Origin: Candidatus Eiseniibacteriota bacterium
Lineage (GTDB): Bacteria > Eisenbacteria > RBG-16-71-46 > JABDJR01
Direction: 5' to 3'
Length of the DNA: 64,000 nt
NCBI GenBank assembly: GCA_963783375.1
Contig: CAWANH010000029.1
Coordinates: forward strand, 1,631,368-1,695,367
Positions 22,304-32,414 of this stretch are shown here, piece after piece. The notes beneath the pieces are model-generated. The model worked only from the letters and a program-made list of their open reading frames with translations. It was not told the origin of the DNA and ran no database searches. The first letter of the stretch is position 1; every line of letters starts with the position of its first letter. The position numbers were made by a program, and so were the translations under genes.

Positions 22304-23245
22304 ATGAAACCTCCCGTCCCACAGCATATTACGCCTGCCCAGCGTAGGATTCTCCTCCATCTCCTCTCCGCCGAGGGGGTGGGACGGGTTCCGAGCTACC
22401 GTGAGATTGCGCGGGCTCTGGGCTGGCGTTCGGCGGGAACCGTGGACGGGCATGTCCGCGCGCTTGAAGAGCAGGGTTGGCTCGAGCGCGCAAGGGGACA
22501 GGCCCGGGGTCTCCGACTCACCCCCGCCGGAAGGGAAAAGGTCGAGAGAGATCCCGGAGGGAGTCGATCTACACCCCGGATCCCCAACCTGAGTGATTTC
22601 GAACGAAGGTCCCTGAAACCGCTTCTTTCCTTCCTGACCCGGCGGCGATTCCGGCCGAGGCAACTTCTCTGGCGGGAGGGAGACCGGGACGGATTCTTGA
22701 CCATCGTTGAGCAGGGACATCTGCGGGCGTATCGGGAAGACCCCTCCGCGAAGAAGATTCCGCTGTTGCTCTTCGCCCCCGGAGATATCATCGGCTTTCT
22801 GCCGCTTCTGGACGGCGGGCCCTATCCCGCCTCCGTCGCCGCGGTTGACGAGGTTGTTGCCTGGGTTCTCCACCGCCCCGCCCTGGTCCGTGCCGTGCGA
22901 CTTCAACCGGGCATTGCCCTGTCACTCATCGGCCTCCTCGGTAGACGTCTTCGTGGATCGTTCGACCGAATTGAGGAACTGTCCATGCAGGGTGCCCTTC
23001 CCAGAGTGGCATCCACGCTTGTCACGCTCCTGCCGCACCCCGCATCTCCGGAGGGGCTCATGGTGATCGAATACCCGGAATCGGGACGGGCTCTGGCCGC
23101 GGCCATGGGGATCACCGCTGAAACACTCTCCCGGGCGATCACCCGCCTCGAAGCGGATAGGATCGTGCACCGGATGGGTAGACGGCGGCTCCAGGTTCTC
23201 GACGTCGAGGGCCTGAAGCGGGCAGCCCGGCCGATGGGCTGGTGA
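22304..23245 (+). CDS. Fusion regulator: LexA-type winged HTH + cNMP-binding domain + Crp/Fnr HTH
   Basis: ITPAQRRIL..PSYREIARALGWRSAGTVDGHVRALEEQGWLER..ARGL (LexA DBD); LWREGD..PGDIIG..YPAS; LAAAMGITAETLSRAI (Crp HTH). Confidence 0.85.
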   Translation: MKPPVPQHITPAQRRILLHLLSAEGVGRVPSYREIARALGWRSAGTVDGHVRALEEQGWLERARGQARGLRLTPAGREKVERDPGGSRSTPRIPNLSDFERRSLKPLLSFLTRRRFRPRQLLWREGDRDGFLTIVEQGHLRAYREDPSAKKIPLLLFAPGDIIGFLPLLDGGPYPASVAAVDEVVAWVLHRPALVRAVRLQPGIALSLIGLLGRRLRGSFDRIEELSMQGALPRVASTLVTLLPHPASPEGLMVIEYPESGRALAAAMGITAETLSRAITRLEADRIVHRMGRRRLQVLDVEGLKRAARPMGW

Positions 23246-23563
23246 TCACCCACGCCGGATCTCTGGACCGCCTGAGTCGGTTCACCGGCCCGGGGTGGCA
23301 ACCTCTCCGATAAGTAGCTCCGGTATATTGGCTTCCGGGCGCAGCGCGTCCGCTTCCCTCCCTCGAAGCCGTCCTCCTCCCGGCCCCCTCGGAACCGAAT
23401 CTCTCCTTCCTTGATCCGTCTCAAGACCCTTCGGCCCGCTTGGAGGGTCTTTATAGACGGACGGGGAAAGGCCCCGGAAACAACCAACCGTCGGAGGATC
23501 GATCGCACGTCGGCCGGAAGGTTGGAACCCCTGATGGTAGAGCGCAAGCTTGGAGGTGAAACC

Positions 23564-24928
23564 ATGAATCGTCTGCTCATCAACGGCGGCATCCTGCTGG
23601 GTCTCGTGCTCTGCGGCTCTCAGGTGACCGCAGTCGCGCGGGCAGAGGAACCGGCCCAGGTCGTCAACTCCGAGATCGGCCCGTTAACCCTCCGGCTCGA
23701 ACGGGCCATTGCCATGGCCACGGAAGGGAGTCCGGCCATGAAGGCGGCCGAGTTCAGCGCCCAGGCGGCGTCGTTCAAGGCCGGCGCCGTCGAGCGGAGC
23801 CGCTGGGGGCAGGTGGACGCGGTCGCCTCGGCCTGGCGATTCGATGAGGATCGGCTCCTGGTGCCCATGTCGAGCGAGTTGCTTGCCGGTGGTCTCCCGA
23901 ATGCCCCTTTCGATCGGAACCAGATTCACTACGGACTGACGTTTCAGATCCCTCTCTATCTGGGAGGCAAACTGTCGGCAGGAATCGAGATCGCAAAACT
24001 GGAGGCGGCCAAGGCCGAAGCTCTTCGCCACGGGACCTATTGGCAGGTGCGCTTCAATGTCGCCTCCCTCTACTCAGGTCTGCAGACCCTTGATGGGGCG
24101 ATCGAGGCTTCCGGGGACCTCGTGCAAACGCTGACAGCCGAGCAGGACCGCCTCGAACTGATGGTCCGTGAGGGTAAGGCCCCCGAACTGGATCTGCTCA
24201 AGGTCGAGGACGGACTGGCGGAAGCCCGCGCGGAATCAGCCTCCCTGACGGCCCAGCGCACCGGATTGGCGGGAACATTGCTCGCCTTGCTGGGGCAATC
24301 GCCGGACCGTGCATTGATCGTCGCTCCGCTCGTGGATCAGACCCCCAAGATTGCCGTCCCGATGGACAGCTTGAAGCCCATGGCCATGGGCTCCTCCGTC
24401 GTGCAGCGGGCCCTTCTGGATCGGGAGCAGGCAGGCAGCGGCATCAAGGCGGCGCGAAGCGAGTTCCTCCCCAGCTTGGTGGGCCAGGCCGGCTACCTAT
24501 GGCATCACGCGAACTCGGAGGACCAGGACCCCACCACCTGGGAACTGTCGGTCGGTGTGAAAGTCCCGCTCTTCACCGCCGGCGCCAGGTTCGCCGACCT
24601 GTCCTCGGCCAAAGCCAGGAAGCGCGCCGCCGAAGAGGGTCTGAAGATGGCCCGGCTGCGTCGCGAGGCGGATCTGACCTATGCCCTGGCCCGGCTCCAG
24701 GCATCGCAGGTCAGCCAGGAAGCCGCCAGGGCGGGGGTTGCGTCGGCGACGGAAGCGGCGCGCAGCGAGCAAATCCGCTACGACAACGGGGCCTCGACCA
24801 TCGAGGACCTGTTGCGAGCCAGAACCCGCGAGGAGGCGGCGCATACCGCCCTGGCCCGGGCCAGGGGTGAACTGAAGATTGCTGGCGAACAACTCAACGC
24901 GGTCGTCGAAATGGAGGTCATCCAATGA
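23564..24928 (+). CDS. TolC-family outer membrane factor
   Basis: Signal peptide, FQIPLYLGG, VKVPLFTAG, YDNGASTIEDLL. Confidence 0.9.
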   Translation: MNRLLINGGILLGLVLCGSQVTAVARAEEPAQVVNSEIGPLTLRLERAIAMATEGSPAMKAAEFSAQAASFKAGAVERSRWGQVDAVASAWRFDEDRLLVPMSSELLAGGLPNAPFDRNQIHYGLTFQIPLYLGGKLSAGIEIAKLEAAKAEALRHGTYWQVRFNVASLYSGLQTLDGAIEASGDLVQTLTAEQDRLELMVREGKAPELDLLKVEDGLAEARAESASLTAQRTGLAGTLLALLGQSPDRALIVAPLVDQTPKIAVPMDSLKPMAMGSSVVQRALLDREQAGSGIKAARSEFLPSLVGQAGYLWHHANSEDQDPTTWELSVGVKVPLFTAGARFADLSSAKARKRAAEEGLKMARLRREADLTYALARLQASQVSQEAARAGVASATEAARSEQIRYDNGASTIEDLLRARTREEAAHTALARARGELKIAGEQLNAVVEMEVIQ

Positions 24929-26025
24929 AAAAGAGACTGATGGTCCTCGCGATCGCCCTCGTGCTCGTGGTGGGTCTGGGGGCCGTGCGCCTGAAGCGAA
25001 TGCGGCAGAAGAACGCCGCCCCTCTGCTCGTGTCCGTCCCCATGGCGGTCCAGACCGCTCCGGCCGACACCGGGACGGTCTCTACGGTCCGTCACCTCCT
25101 GGGCGAAGTCATCGGAGGAGATGAAGTGCAGGTCGCTCCTCGCGTCATGGCCAGGGTGCTGAACATCATGGTTCGCCAGGGGAGCGTCGTGACCAAGGGC
25201 CAAGTGCTTGCGACCCTGGACGATCGCGAACAGCAGGACGGTTTCGATGCGGCCGAGGCCGCTCTGGGGGCCGCCCGAATCGCCGCTCGCACCCGGGCCG
25301 ACGCCACCGCCAGGGACAGCATCCTGTTCGAAGCCAAGGCCATTTCCCAGGAACAGTGGGACCGGTCCCGAACCCTGGAAGCCGCCCTCAACGCGAAACT
25401 GGTCGCCGCCGAGAAGGACCTGAAACGGGCCGAGACCCGTCTGAGCTACACGCGGGTGTCGGCGCCCGTAGACGGCGTGGTGGCGGATCGCCTGGTGGAC
25501 CCGGGAGACCTGGCGGTGCCCGGAAAACCGATGATCGATATCGTCAACCAGACCAATGTCCGCGTCCGGGGAAAACTCCCGCAGGAGGATTTGCCGCGCC
25601 TCGCCCCCGGCCAGAGTCTGACCCTTGCCGCGGGTGAAACGAACTGCACCGCCCGGGTGACCCGGGTCTTTCCGGCCACGGATGCGAATCACCTGGCGGT
25701 GTTCGAGGCCGACCTCGATTCGCCTCCCGCCACCTTCGTGGCCGGTTTGACCGTGGGCATCGACATCTCCCTCGCGTCGTCCACGGGTATTTCGGTTCCG
25801 ACATCCGCTCTCCTGGAAGGGGATAACGGCACCTGGGTCTTCAGGGTCGAGAAACAGCGGATCGAGCCGGTCCGGGTCGATGTCCTCGCAGCCGGAGGTG
25901 GGCGGGTCGTCGTCCGGGGCGATCTCGCCGTCGGGGATCAGGTAGTCATCGCCCGTCCGTCCCGCCTCATGACGCTGACCGTGGGGCAAGAGGTGCGAAC
26001 GACTCCGCAGGGAGGCCGGCAATGA
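24925..26025 (+). CDS. RND membrane fusion (periplasmic adaptor) protein
   Basis: VRQGSVVTKGQVLATLD, VSAPVDGVV, VPTSAL; ATGA overlaps. Confidence 0.92.
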   Translation: MKKRLMVLAIALVLVVGLGAVRLKRMRQKNAAPLLVSVPMAVQTAPADTGTVSTVRHLLGEVIGGDEVQVAPRVMARVLNIMVRQGSVVTKGQVLATLDDREQQDGFDAAEAALGAARIAARTRADATARDSILFEAKAISQEQWDRSRTLEAALNAKLVAAEKDLKRAETRLSYTRVSAPVDGVVADRLVDPGDLAVPGKPMIDIVNQTNVRVRGKLPQEDLPRLAPGQSLTLAAGETNCTARVTRVFPATDANHLAVFEADLDSPPATFVAGLTVGIDISLASSTGISVPTSALLEGDNGTWVFRVEKQRIEPVRVDVLAAGGGRVVVRGDLAVGDQVVIARPSRLMTLTVGQEVRTTPQGGRQ

Positions 26026-29000
26026 GACTCGTTGATTCGTATCTACGCAAACCCCATCTGCTCATCTCCGTGGTTCTTCTGGCGGCGACGATCGGGTTCG
26101 TCGGTTACCGGAAGATGGCGGTCAACCTGTTTCCGGACTCCGAACGTCCCCAGATCGCCGTGGTCACGGTATACCCGGGGGCGTCCTCCTCGGACGTCGA
26201 GAGCGAGGTGTCGCGGACCATCGAGAAGGAGGTCAATACCATCGACCTCGTCCGGCGGGTCACCTCGGTCAGCAAGGACGAGATCTCCGCGGTAACGGTG
26301 GAGTTCGAGTACAAGAAGGGACTGGATGTCGCCGCCAGCGATGTGGCCAACGCGTTGCAGAAGGTCAAGGCGAAGCTCCCGGACACGATTCGACCCCCCA
26401 TGCTGTTCAAGATCTCATCGGCCACCCCGGCGGTGATGACCCTGGCCCTGCGGCCCAAGGCGGGCGCCCCGCTGGACCTGTCGATGGTGCGGCAACTGGC
26501 AGACAACCAGATCAAGGACGAACTGCTGCAGCTGCCCGAAGTGGCGAATGTCGAGGTGTTCGGGGCGCACCAGCCCGTGATCCGCGTCGCCCTGGACCCG
26601 GACAAGCTGGAACGTTCCCGCCTTACCGCGTTGCAGGTCCGCCAGGCCCTGACGGCGTACAACGCCAATCAACCCATCGGGCTCCTGATCACCAAGGAGA
26701 GCCAGTTTCTGGTCAAGCGTACGGGGGAGTTTCAACGCGTCGAGGATGTCGGGGCGATCACCGTCGCTCACCGTCCGGGCGGGGCTGTTCATCTGCGGGA
26801 TATCGGAACCATCACCCGCGGAGTCATGGAATCGCAGAGTGCCTATCACGGCAACGGGAAGCCGGCGGTGGCCGTGAACATCCAGAGAAGCACCGGCGGG
26901 CATGCGCTGGATTCCATCTCCGCGGTGATGGCGGCGCTGCCCGGCCTGGAGAGACAATTCCCCTCCGTCGAGTTCTCCGTTCCCGACACTCAGGGCGAGT
27001 TGATCGAGCTCTCGGTGGGCAACATGATTCATGCTCTGCGGGACGCGGTGATCATGACGATCATCGTGATATTTCTCTTCCTGGCCGATCTTCGAGGTAC
27101 GTTGCTGGCCGCGATCAGCATTCCGTTCACCTACCTGCTGACGTTCGCCGTCATGTGGTTGATCGGATACGAATTCAACATGGTGACTCTGACCGCCGTC
27201 ATCATCGCGGTGGGCATGTTGCTCGACGACGCCATCGTAGTGCTGGAGAATATCGAGCGGCACTACCGTGAGGTCACCAAGGACGTGCGAGAAGCCGTTG
27301 TCGGCGGCACCGAAGAAGTCATGCTGGCGATCTTCTCGGGAACCTATGCGACCGTCATGGTGCTGCTCCCGATCATCTTTATCGGCGGATACGTTCAGAC
27401 CGTTCTGCGTCCCCTCTCCATCAGCCTGGTCATCGCCTTAGCCGCGTCGTACGTAGTCTCGGTGACGGTGATTCCGCTCCTGGCGCCACTGCTACTCAAG
27501 CGCGGGCAGGGCGCCCGACGCAATCGGGTGGAGCGGGTGGTCGGCAGGTTTCAGACTTGGGTGGTCGATCCGGTGCGGAGCTTCTATGTACGGTTGACCA
27601 CCTATGCCCTGGATCATCGCCTGACGTTCATCCTGCCCGCAATTGTCATGACCGTCGTGGCCGCCCGCCAGATGCCCCTGGTGGGGCGAGACCTCATGCC
27701 TCCCATGGATGCCGGGATCGTCAAGGTCGCGTTCGAGACGGACGCAAACACGTCCCTGGACCGGACCGAGGCAACTTTGACAAAGATGGAGGCCATCATT
27801 CGCGCCCGCCCCGAGGTCACGGCGGTGTCCTCGGTCATCGGTTCCGAGCCGGCAGTGATCTCCTTCGGGGCGGGTCGGCTTGCTCAACAGGGAATGATCA
27901 CCATCCATATGGTCGATCGCTTCAGTCGCAAGGCCTCCATCTGGGAGATCGAAAGGGACCTGCGAAACGAATTCCGTAGTCTCCCCGGTCTCAAGGTGGT
28001 CGATGTGTTCGACTTCGGCGCCACCGCTCTATCCAGCATTCGCGCTCCCGTGGACGTCATGATCTCGGGCCCGGACACCGAGACCCTCGACCGGCTCGGC
28101 ACGGAGGTGGAGGAACGCCTCCGTGAGAATCTGCGTGACGTGACGTCCATCTCGCGCAGCTGGTCCATGGACAACCAGGAGATCACCTTCACCGCGGATC
28201 CCGAGAAGCTGGCGTTGTACCAGCTCTCGCCCGCGATGCTGGCGTCCCAGCTGTCGTCCACGGTTCGTGGCGTGCCCGGTTCGGTATTTCGCATTCCCAA
28301 CCAGGACGGACTGACCGTCTGGATCCAGTCTCCCGCCGACCAAAGGGAGTACATGTCCCAGGTCACCGCCTACAGCATCAGCACCCCGAAGGGTGAAGTG
28401 CCCTTGGGTCAACTGGGTGTGGTGGGACGGCACAGGATCAGTTCGGTCGTCACGCGCCAGGGATTGCAGCGAACGCTGGACATCCAGGCCTACCGTAACA
28501 CGCGCCCCATCAGTCACATGCAGGAGGATGTGATGAAGGCCTTGAAAGGTCTTGAACTCCCTCCCGGGTACACGGTCACCCATGAGGGTGATATCAAGCA
28601 GATGAGGGAGTCCTTTCATCGGCTTGGGATGGCGCTTGGTTTGGGCATGTTGCTTCTGTATTTCTCGCTGGTTCCAGCATTCAAGTCCTGGGTTCACCCC
28701 TTGACCATCATGTCGGTGATCCCCCTCGCGCTCATCGGAGCCGCGTGGGGCATGCTGATCATGAATAAACACGGTTGCATGCCCTCCATGATGGGGATGA
28801 TCCTGCTCGCGGGAATCGTGGTGAAGAACTCAATCCTGCTGATCGACTTCATCGCCGCCGCGCGGGCGCGAGGGGAGAGCGTTCATGACGCCTTGATCGG
28901 CTCCGTAAGGGTTCGTACTCGGCCGATCCTAATGACCGCCGTGGGGACATCGGTGGGGATGATCCCCATCGCCGCCGAGTGGGCGATCGGCCTGGAGCGA

Positions 29001-29135
29001 CTATCTCCTCTGGCCGTGGTGGCCATCGGGGGGTTGATGGTGTCCACGTTCCTGACCATGGTGTACGTGCCGATCATCTATTCCCTCTTCGAGGACCTCG
29101 AGAGCAAGGTCCGGGTCCTCGTCAACCGAAGCTGA
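26022..29135 (+). CDS. RND efflux permease (AcrB/CusA superfamily)
   Basis: 1037 aa, GMLLDDAIVVLENI, GIVVKNSILLIDF, RTRPILMT. Confidence 0.95.
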   Translation: MRLVDSYLRKPHLLISVVLLAATIGFVGYRKMAVNLFPDSERPQIAVVTVYPGASSSDVESEVSRTIEKEVNTIDLVRRVTSVSKDEISAVTVEFEYKKGLDVAASDVANALQKVKAKLPDTIRPPMLFKISSATPAVMTLALRPKAGAPLDLSMVRQLADNQIKDELLQLPEVANVEVFGAHQPVIRVALDPDKLERSRLTALQVRQALTAYNANQPIGLLITKESQFLVKRTGEFQRVEDVGAITVAHRPGGAVHLRDIGTITRGVMESQSAYHGNGKPAVAVNIQRSTGGHALDSISAVMAALPGLERQFPSVEFSVPDTQGELIELSVGNMIHALRDAVIMTIIVIFLFLADLRGTLLAAISIPFTYLLTFAVMWLIGYEFNMVTLTAVIIAVGMLLDDAIVVLENIERHYREVTKDVREAVVGGTEEVMLAIFSGTYATVMVLLPIIFIGGYVQTVLRPLSISLVIALAASYVVSVTVIPLLAPLLLKRGQGARRNRVERVVGRFQTWVVDPVRSFYVRLTTYALDHRLTFILPAIVMTVVAARQMPLVGRDLMPPMDAGIVKVAFETDANTSLDRTEATLTKMEAIIRARPEVTAVSSVIGSEPAVISFGAGRLAQQGMITIHMVDRFSRKASIWEIERDLRNEFRSLPGLKVVDVFDFGATALSSIRAPVDVMISGPDTETLDRLGTEVEERLRENLRDVTSISRSWSMDNQEITFTADPEKLALYQLSPAMLASQLSSTVRGVPGSVFRIPNQDGLTVWIQSPADQREYMSQVTAYSISTPKGEVPLGQLGVVGRHRISSVVTRQGLQRTLDIQAYRNTRPISHMQEDVMKALKGLELPPGYTVTHEGDIKQMRESFHRLGMALGLGMLLLYFSLVPAFKSWVHPLTIMSVIPLALIGAAWGMLIMNKHGCMPSMMGMILLAGIVVKNSILLIDFIAAARARGESVHDALIGSVRVRTRPILMTAVGTSVGMIPIAAEWAIGLERLSPLAVVAIGGLMVSTFLTMVYVPIIYSLFEDLESKVRVLVNRS

Positions 29136-29153
29136 AAGACCCCGGTCCGGTGG

Positions 29154-29935
29154 ATGTTCATGAACTACGCCTACATCGGGACGAAAGAGGTCAACAAGAA
29201 GCGCTGGTGGGAGGACCAGGAGGCGCTACCGGAACGCAATCGGTACCGGTTGGTGGAGGCCCGCTGGCCGGGGATCGTGCCCGAGGAAACGTTCTACGCT
29301 GCCCAGAAGCTCCTCGAGGCCAACGATCGGACCAAGCACAGCCAGATCAAGTGCGTCCGCCACTCGTACCTCTTCAACCACGGGCTCCTCTGGTGCGGCA
29401 CCTGCGGGAAGCAGATGGAGGGACGGTCCGGCACCGGGCAGCAGTGGAAGTGGTACTACTACTACCTCTGCAAGGCCTGCGGGATGGTGAGAGCCGCGTT
29501 GGCCGGCTCTCAAAGCGGCTGGCCTCGATGAGCACCACGGATGCCGGAACCCTGGTCACCGAGAAGCTCGACACCCTCGGTCAGCGGCGGCGGGAGCTGG
29601 AGGCCGGGATCGGAGCCCTGGACCTCTCCACGGACCAGATCCGGCGGGAAGCGGTGAACGAGGCGCAGGTGCGGGAAGCCCTGGCCCACACCGCCGAGGT
29701 GTTCGAGACCCTGCCCCCGTTCCGGAAGAAGGAGCTGATCCGACTGGTTCTGACCCGGGCCGAGGTCACCCGGGAGAGCCTCAAGCTGGCGTTCCGGGGC
29801 CGGCCGCCCGACCTGGCCGTCCTCCAGGGCAGAAAAAAAGAGCGCGACGGCGATACATCGCGCTCTGAGACCCCAGACTGGCTCGCCGGGCTGATGTCTC
29901 AGAGTCCTCAAATCCTTGACATGGCCACGATCTGA
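29154..29935 (+). pseudogene. Large serine recombinase remnant (recombinase domain end, zinc ribbon, coiled coil; catalytic domain absent)
   Basis: NYAYIG, WPGIVPEETFYAAQ, GLLWCGTCGKQM, YYYYLC, KKELIRLVLTRAEV, C-terminus DWLAG...; frame break near 29490. Confidence 0.82.
29863..29935 (+). repeat. Symmetric attP-like site within the recombinase 3' end (L2 + R1)
   Basis: CTCTGAGAC-CC-CAGACTGGC-TC-GCCGGGCTG-AT-GTCTCAGAG dyad about a central TC; right arm near-identical to 37366-37418 and 32375-32412. Confidence 0.8.
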
Positions 29936-30049
29936 TCCCCCTGCTCTACCCCATCTCGACGGCCGGCCGGGTCCCCGCGTTGGACGCCCCACGTGAATGC
30001 GGAGATATGAACTTGGGACCAGCCCCCGGCAGGCGGCCGGGGACTTTGC

Positions 30050-30727
30050 CTATAGGAAGTCCTTCTTCCTCACCTGCACGGCATAGGTGGCCACAATCAA
30101 CAGGACGATGACGCCGATTTCCCCGGCCAGCAGGCCCACGGCCGCCCTGGGCCAGGCAGTGTCCGGGCCGTTCATGACGGCGGTGATTGCCGGTATGTGA
30201 GACACCTTGTACATGAAGAAATTGAGAAAAATGTTGGAGATCACCAGGGCGAAAATGGTCCAACCTTCTGATTCGGTAATGAGGGCCACGGCCAGGATCA
30301 CCGCATAACCCATGAATAGCTCCATCAGGATCACAACGGCAAATGGAATCAGGCCATTCGGCAGGGCGTCCCGGCCAAGAATGACCAGGATCATCATGGC
30401 CGCCAGGGCAATCCAGGCACCCAGGAAAATGGTGACGTTGGCAAGGATCTTGGCCGTGGCGTATTCGGCCGAGGTGATTGGCAGGCTCATGATGAAAGGC
30501 AGGGTCTGTTCCTTGCGTTCGTAGATCACGGTGGTGAAGACCAACTGCATGCCGACGGACATCAGGGCCACCAGCAGCAGGATGCTGCCGATGAAGAAAC
30601 CCGTTTGCCCGCCCCAGGCAACCACCCCCAGTGAGGCAACGCCGCCGGCTACGAACAGGGAAATCGGCCGCCGATTGAAAGACCAGTCTTTCACCATCAA
30701 GCGCCTGGTCATGTAAGTTTGGTTCAT
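30050..30727 (-). CDS. ABC-2 type transporter permease
   Basis: Six TM helices, ERKEQTLPFIMSLPIT..Y.TAK. Confidence 0.88.
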   Translation of the reverse strand: MNQTYMTRRLMVKDWSFNRRPISLFVAGGVASLGVVAWGGQTGFFIGSILLLVALMSVGMQLVFTTVIYERKEQTLPFIMSLPITSAEYATAKILANVTIFLGAWIALAAMMILVILGRDALPNGLIPFAVVILMELFMGYAVILAVALITESEGWTIFALVISNIFLNFFMYKVSHIPAITAVMNGPDTAWPRAAVGLLAGEIGVIVLLIVATYAVQVRKKDFL

Positions 30728-31620
30728 CGTGTGCCCCCGTTCCGGCTGTGCTGCACTTCGGCGACAAAAATTTCTTCAAGAGTCAGGTTTTCCACCTGTA
30801 GGATAGTGGCGCCGGCTTGCTGTACCGTCGCTGCCTGTTCCGGGCCGTAGTTGCCGGTGATCGCCGTCCTCAGGCGCCCGGTTCCTTCAACTCCCAGGAA
30901 CCCTGGGAGGGATGGCAGCACCACGTCGGGCGGTATGTCCAGACGCAGACGCCGCCACCGGTCGAGAAATTCCTCTTTGTCGCGAGAATCGATGAGGCGC
31001 CCCCGGTCGACAAAGGTGATCACGTCCGAGAGTTTTTCGACGTCCTGGGTGTTGTGGGACGAGAAGATCACCGTGCGATCCTCGTCCAGCAGGACCTCCA
31101 TCATCTCGGCGAGGACTTCCTGGCGGGCGACCGGATCGAGCCCGGTGGTTGGCTCATCGAGGATCAGCAATCGGGGCCGTCGGACCAGGATCAGCAACAG
31201 CGCCGCCTTGACCTGCTGCCCATGCGACATGCCCCTGATCTTCTGGGCAGCGACCAGGTCGAAGCGGCGCAGCAGGTCGTCAGCATACTTCTGGTCCCAG
31301 CCGGGGTAGATCGAACGGATGAAGTCCATATGCCAGGCCAGGGTCGCCCGCTTGTAGAGGCGCATATCCTCCGAGGCGTATCCCACTTCCCACTTGGCCC
31401 CTACCTGCTGGTCTGGCATGTCGTGGCCCAACACACGCACCTGCCCGCGGTCCGCATGCACCAGCCCCATGATGATGCGCAACGTAGTCGACTTGCCGGC
31501 TCCGTTGGGGCCGACAAAGCCCATGATCCGGCCGCGGGGCAGGGCTAGGTGCATGTCTTCGAGTGCGAAGTGGGGATAGGCCTTCGCCACACCCTTCAGT
31601 TCTACCGCCAATTCAGTCAT
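30724..31620 (-). CDS. ABC transporter ATP-binding protein (YtrB-like)
   Basis: GPNGAGKST, MSHGQ, LILDEPT, SSH. Confidence 0.93.
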   Translation of the reverse strand: MTELAVELKGVAKAYPHFALEDMHLALPRGRIMGFVGPNGAGKSTTLRIIMGLVHADRGQVRVLGHDMPDQQVGAKWEVGYASEDMRLYKRATLAWHMDFIRSIYPGWDQKYADDLLRRFDLVAAQKIRGMSHGQQVKAALLLILVRRPRLLILDEPTTGLDPVARQEVLAEMMEVLLDEDRTVIFSSHNTQDVEKLSDVITFVDRGRLIDSRDKEEFLDRWRRLRLDIPPDVVLPSLPGFLGVEGTGRLRTAITGNYGPEQAATVQQAGATILQVENLTLEEIFVAEVQHSRNGGTR

Positions 31621-32017
31621 GTTCGTCCTTTGCCGATTGTACGTGGAAGCCTTGCATGGTCTGCAGGCGGGAAATCAATTCCGCGAGAGTGAGACCCAGG
31701 AGTCCGGCAATTTCCAGCGACTCCCTGAGGTGCTGGTCCAACTCCCGCTCAAACCGAAGCGTGTCCAGGGCGCCGGACTCGGCGACGAAGGACCCCAGTC
31801 CCTGGCGGGTCACCAGGGCTCCCTGACGCTCCAGTTCGAGATAGGCGCGTTTGACGGTGATCACGCTGACTCTCAATCCAACCGCCAGATCCCGGATCGA
31901 GGGGATCTTTTGTCCGGCAGGCCAATCCCCCAACGCAATGCGCAATCGGATCTGATCCATGATCTGCAGGTACATAGGGCGGCCGTCGGCCTGGGAGATG
32001 ACGATGTCGGTGTTCAC
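31613..32017 (-). CDS. GntR-family regulator, YtrA subfamily
   Basis: PMYLQIMDQI..KIPSIRDLA..VSVITVKRAY..G.GSFV; short C-terminus; followed by ABC genes. Confidence 0.92.
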   Translation of the reverse strand: MNTDIVISQADGRPMYLQIMDQIRLRIALGDWPAGQKIPSIRDLAVGLRVSVITVKRAYLELERQGALVTRQGLGSFVAESGALDTLRFERELDQHLRESLEIAGLLGLTLAELISRLQTMQGFHVQSAKDEHD

Positions 32018-32054
32018 TACTGTATATACTGTGTATATAAATAGGTTCTGTCAA
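32018..32054 (-). promoter_or_regulatory. Probable promoter/operator of the YtrA-like operon
   Basis: TTGACA followed by tandem TATATACA repeats directly before the GTG start; no obvious RBS (possibly leaderless). Confidence 0.55.
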
Positions 32055-32209
32055 GGACTTTCGCTTGGTTCCAGGGACGAACCCATCCGCTCATGAGTCG
32101 ACTAGGCTCGCGGATCGGTCCGCGGCAACCGGTCCTCAGGCTCTCAAAACGGAGGATCCCGAGCGGCGGCGGCCAACCCCGCAAACCGCTCGCCCCAGGC
32201 CGGATATCA

Positions 32210-32320
32210 GAAAACCCCGAGGGCTCTCCCTCTCGGGGTTCTCCGTTAACCGGAATGCATTGCGAAGCTTACGTCTCTGGACCGACTTGCCAGCTGATGT
32301 CCCGGCGTCCTCAGATTCCC
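32210..32320 (+). repeat. Mosaic att-like repeat (hairpin + L1 + degenerate R1)
   Basis: GAAAACCCCGAGGGCTCTCCCTCTCGGGGTTCTCCGTTAACC...GGACCGACTTGCCAGCTGATGTCCCGGCGTCCTCAGATTCC. Confidence 0.8.
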
Positions 32321-32345
32321 ACCCTGCCGGGACTTCCACCCCAAA

Positions 32346-32412
32346 GACTCTGAGACATTCGACTCCTGGCCAGGTCGCCGGGCTGATGTCTCAGAGTCCT
32401 CAAATCCTTGAC
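32346..32412 (+). repeat. Mosaic att-like repeat (L3 + R1) with 13-bp outer inverted repeat
   Basis: GACTCTGAGACAT...CCAGG-TC-GCCGGGCTG-ATGTCTCAGAGTC-CTCAAATCCTTGACA. Confidence 0.82.
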
Positions 32413-32414
32413 AC

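Noticed and set aside
32346-32412. tRNA gene suggested by TTCGACTCC here and by TGGCTCCCC at 39216 (reverse complement of a tRNA-like 3' end)
   Set aside because: I could not fold a cloverleaf on either strand; a distant tRNA origin of the core remains possible, but no tRNA gene is supported.
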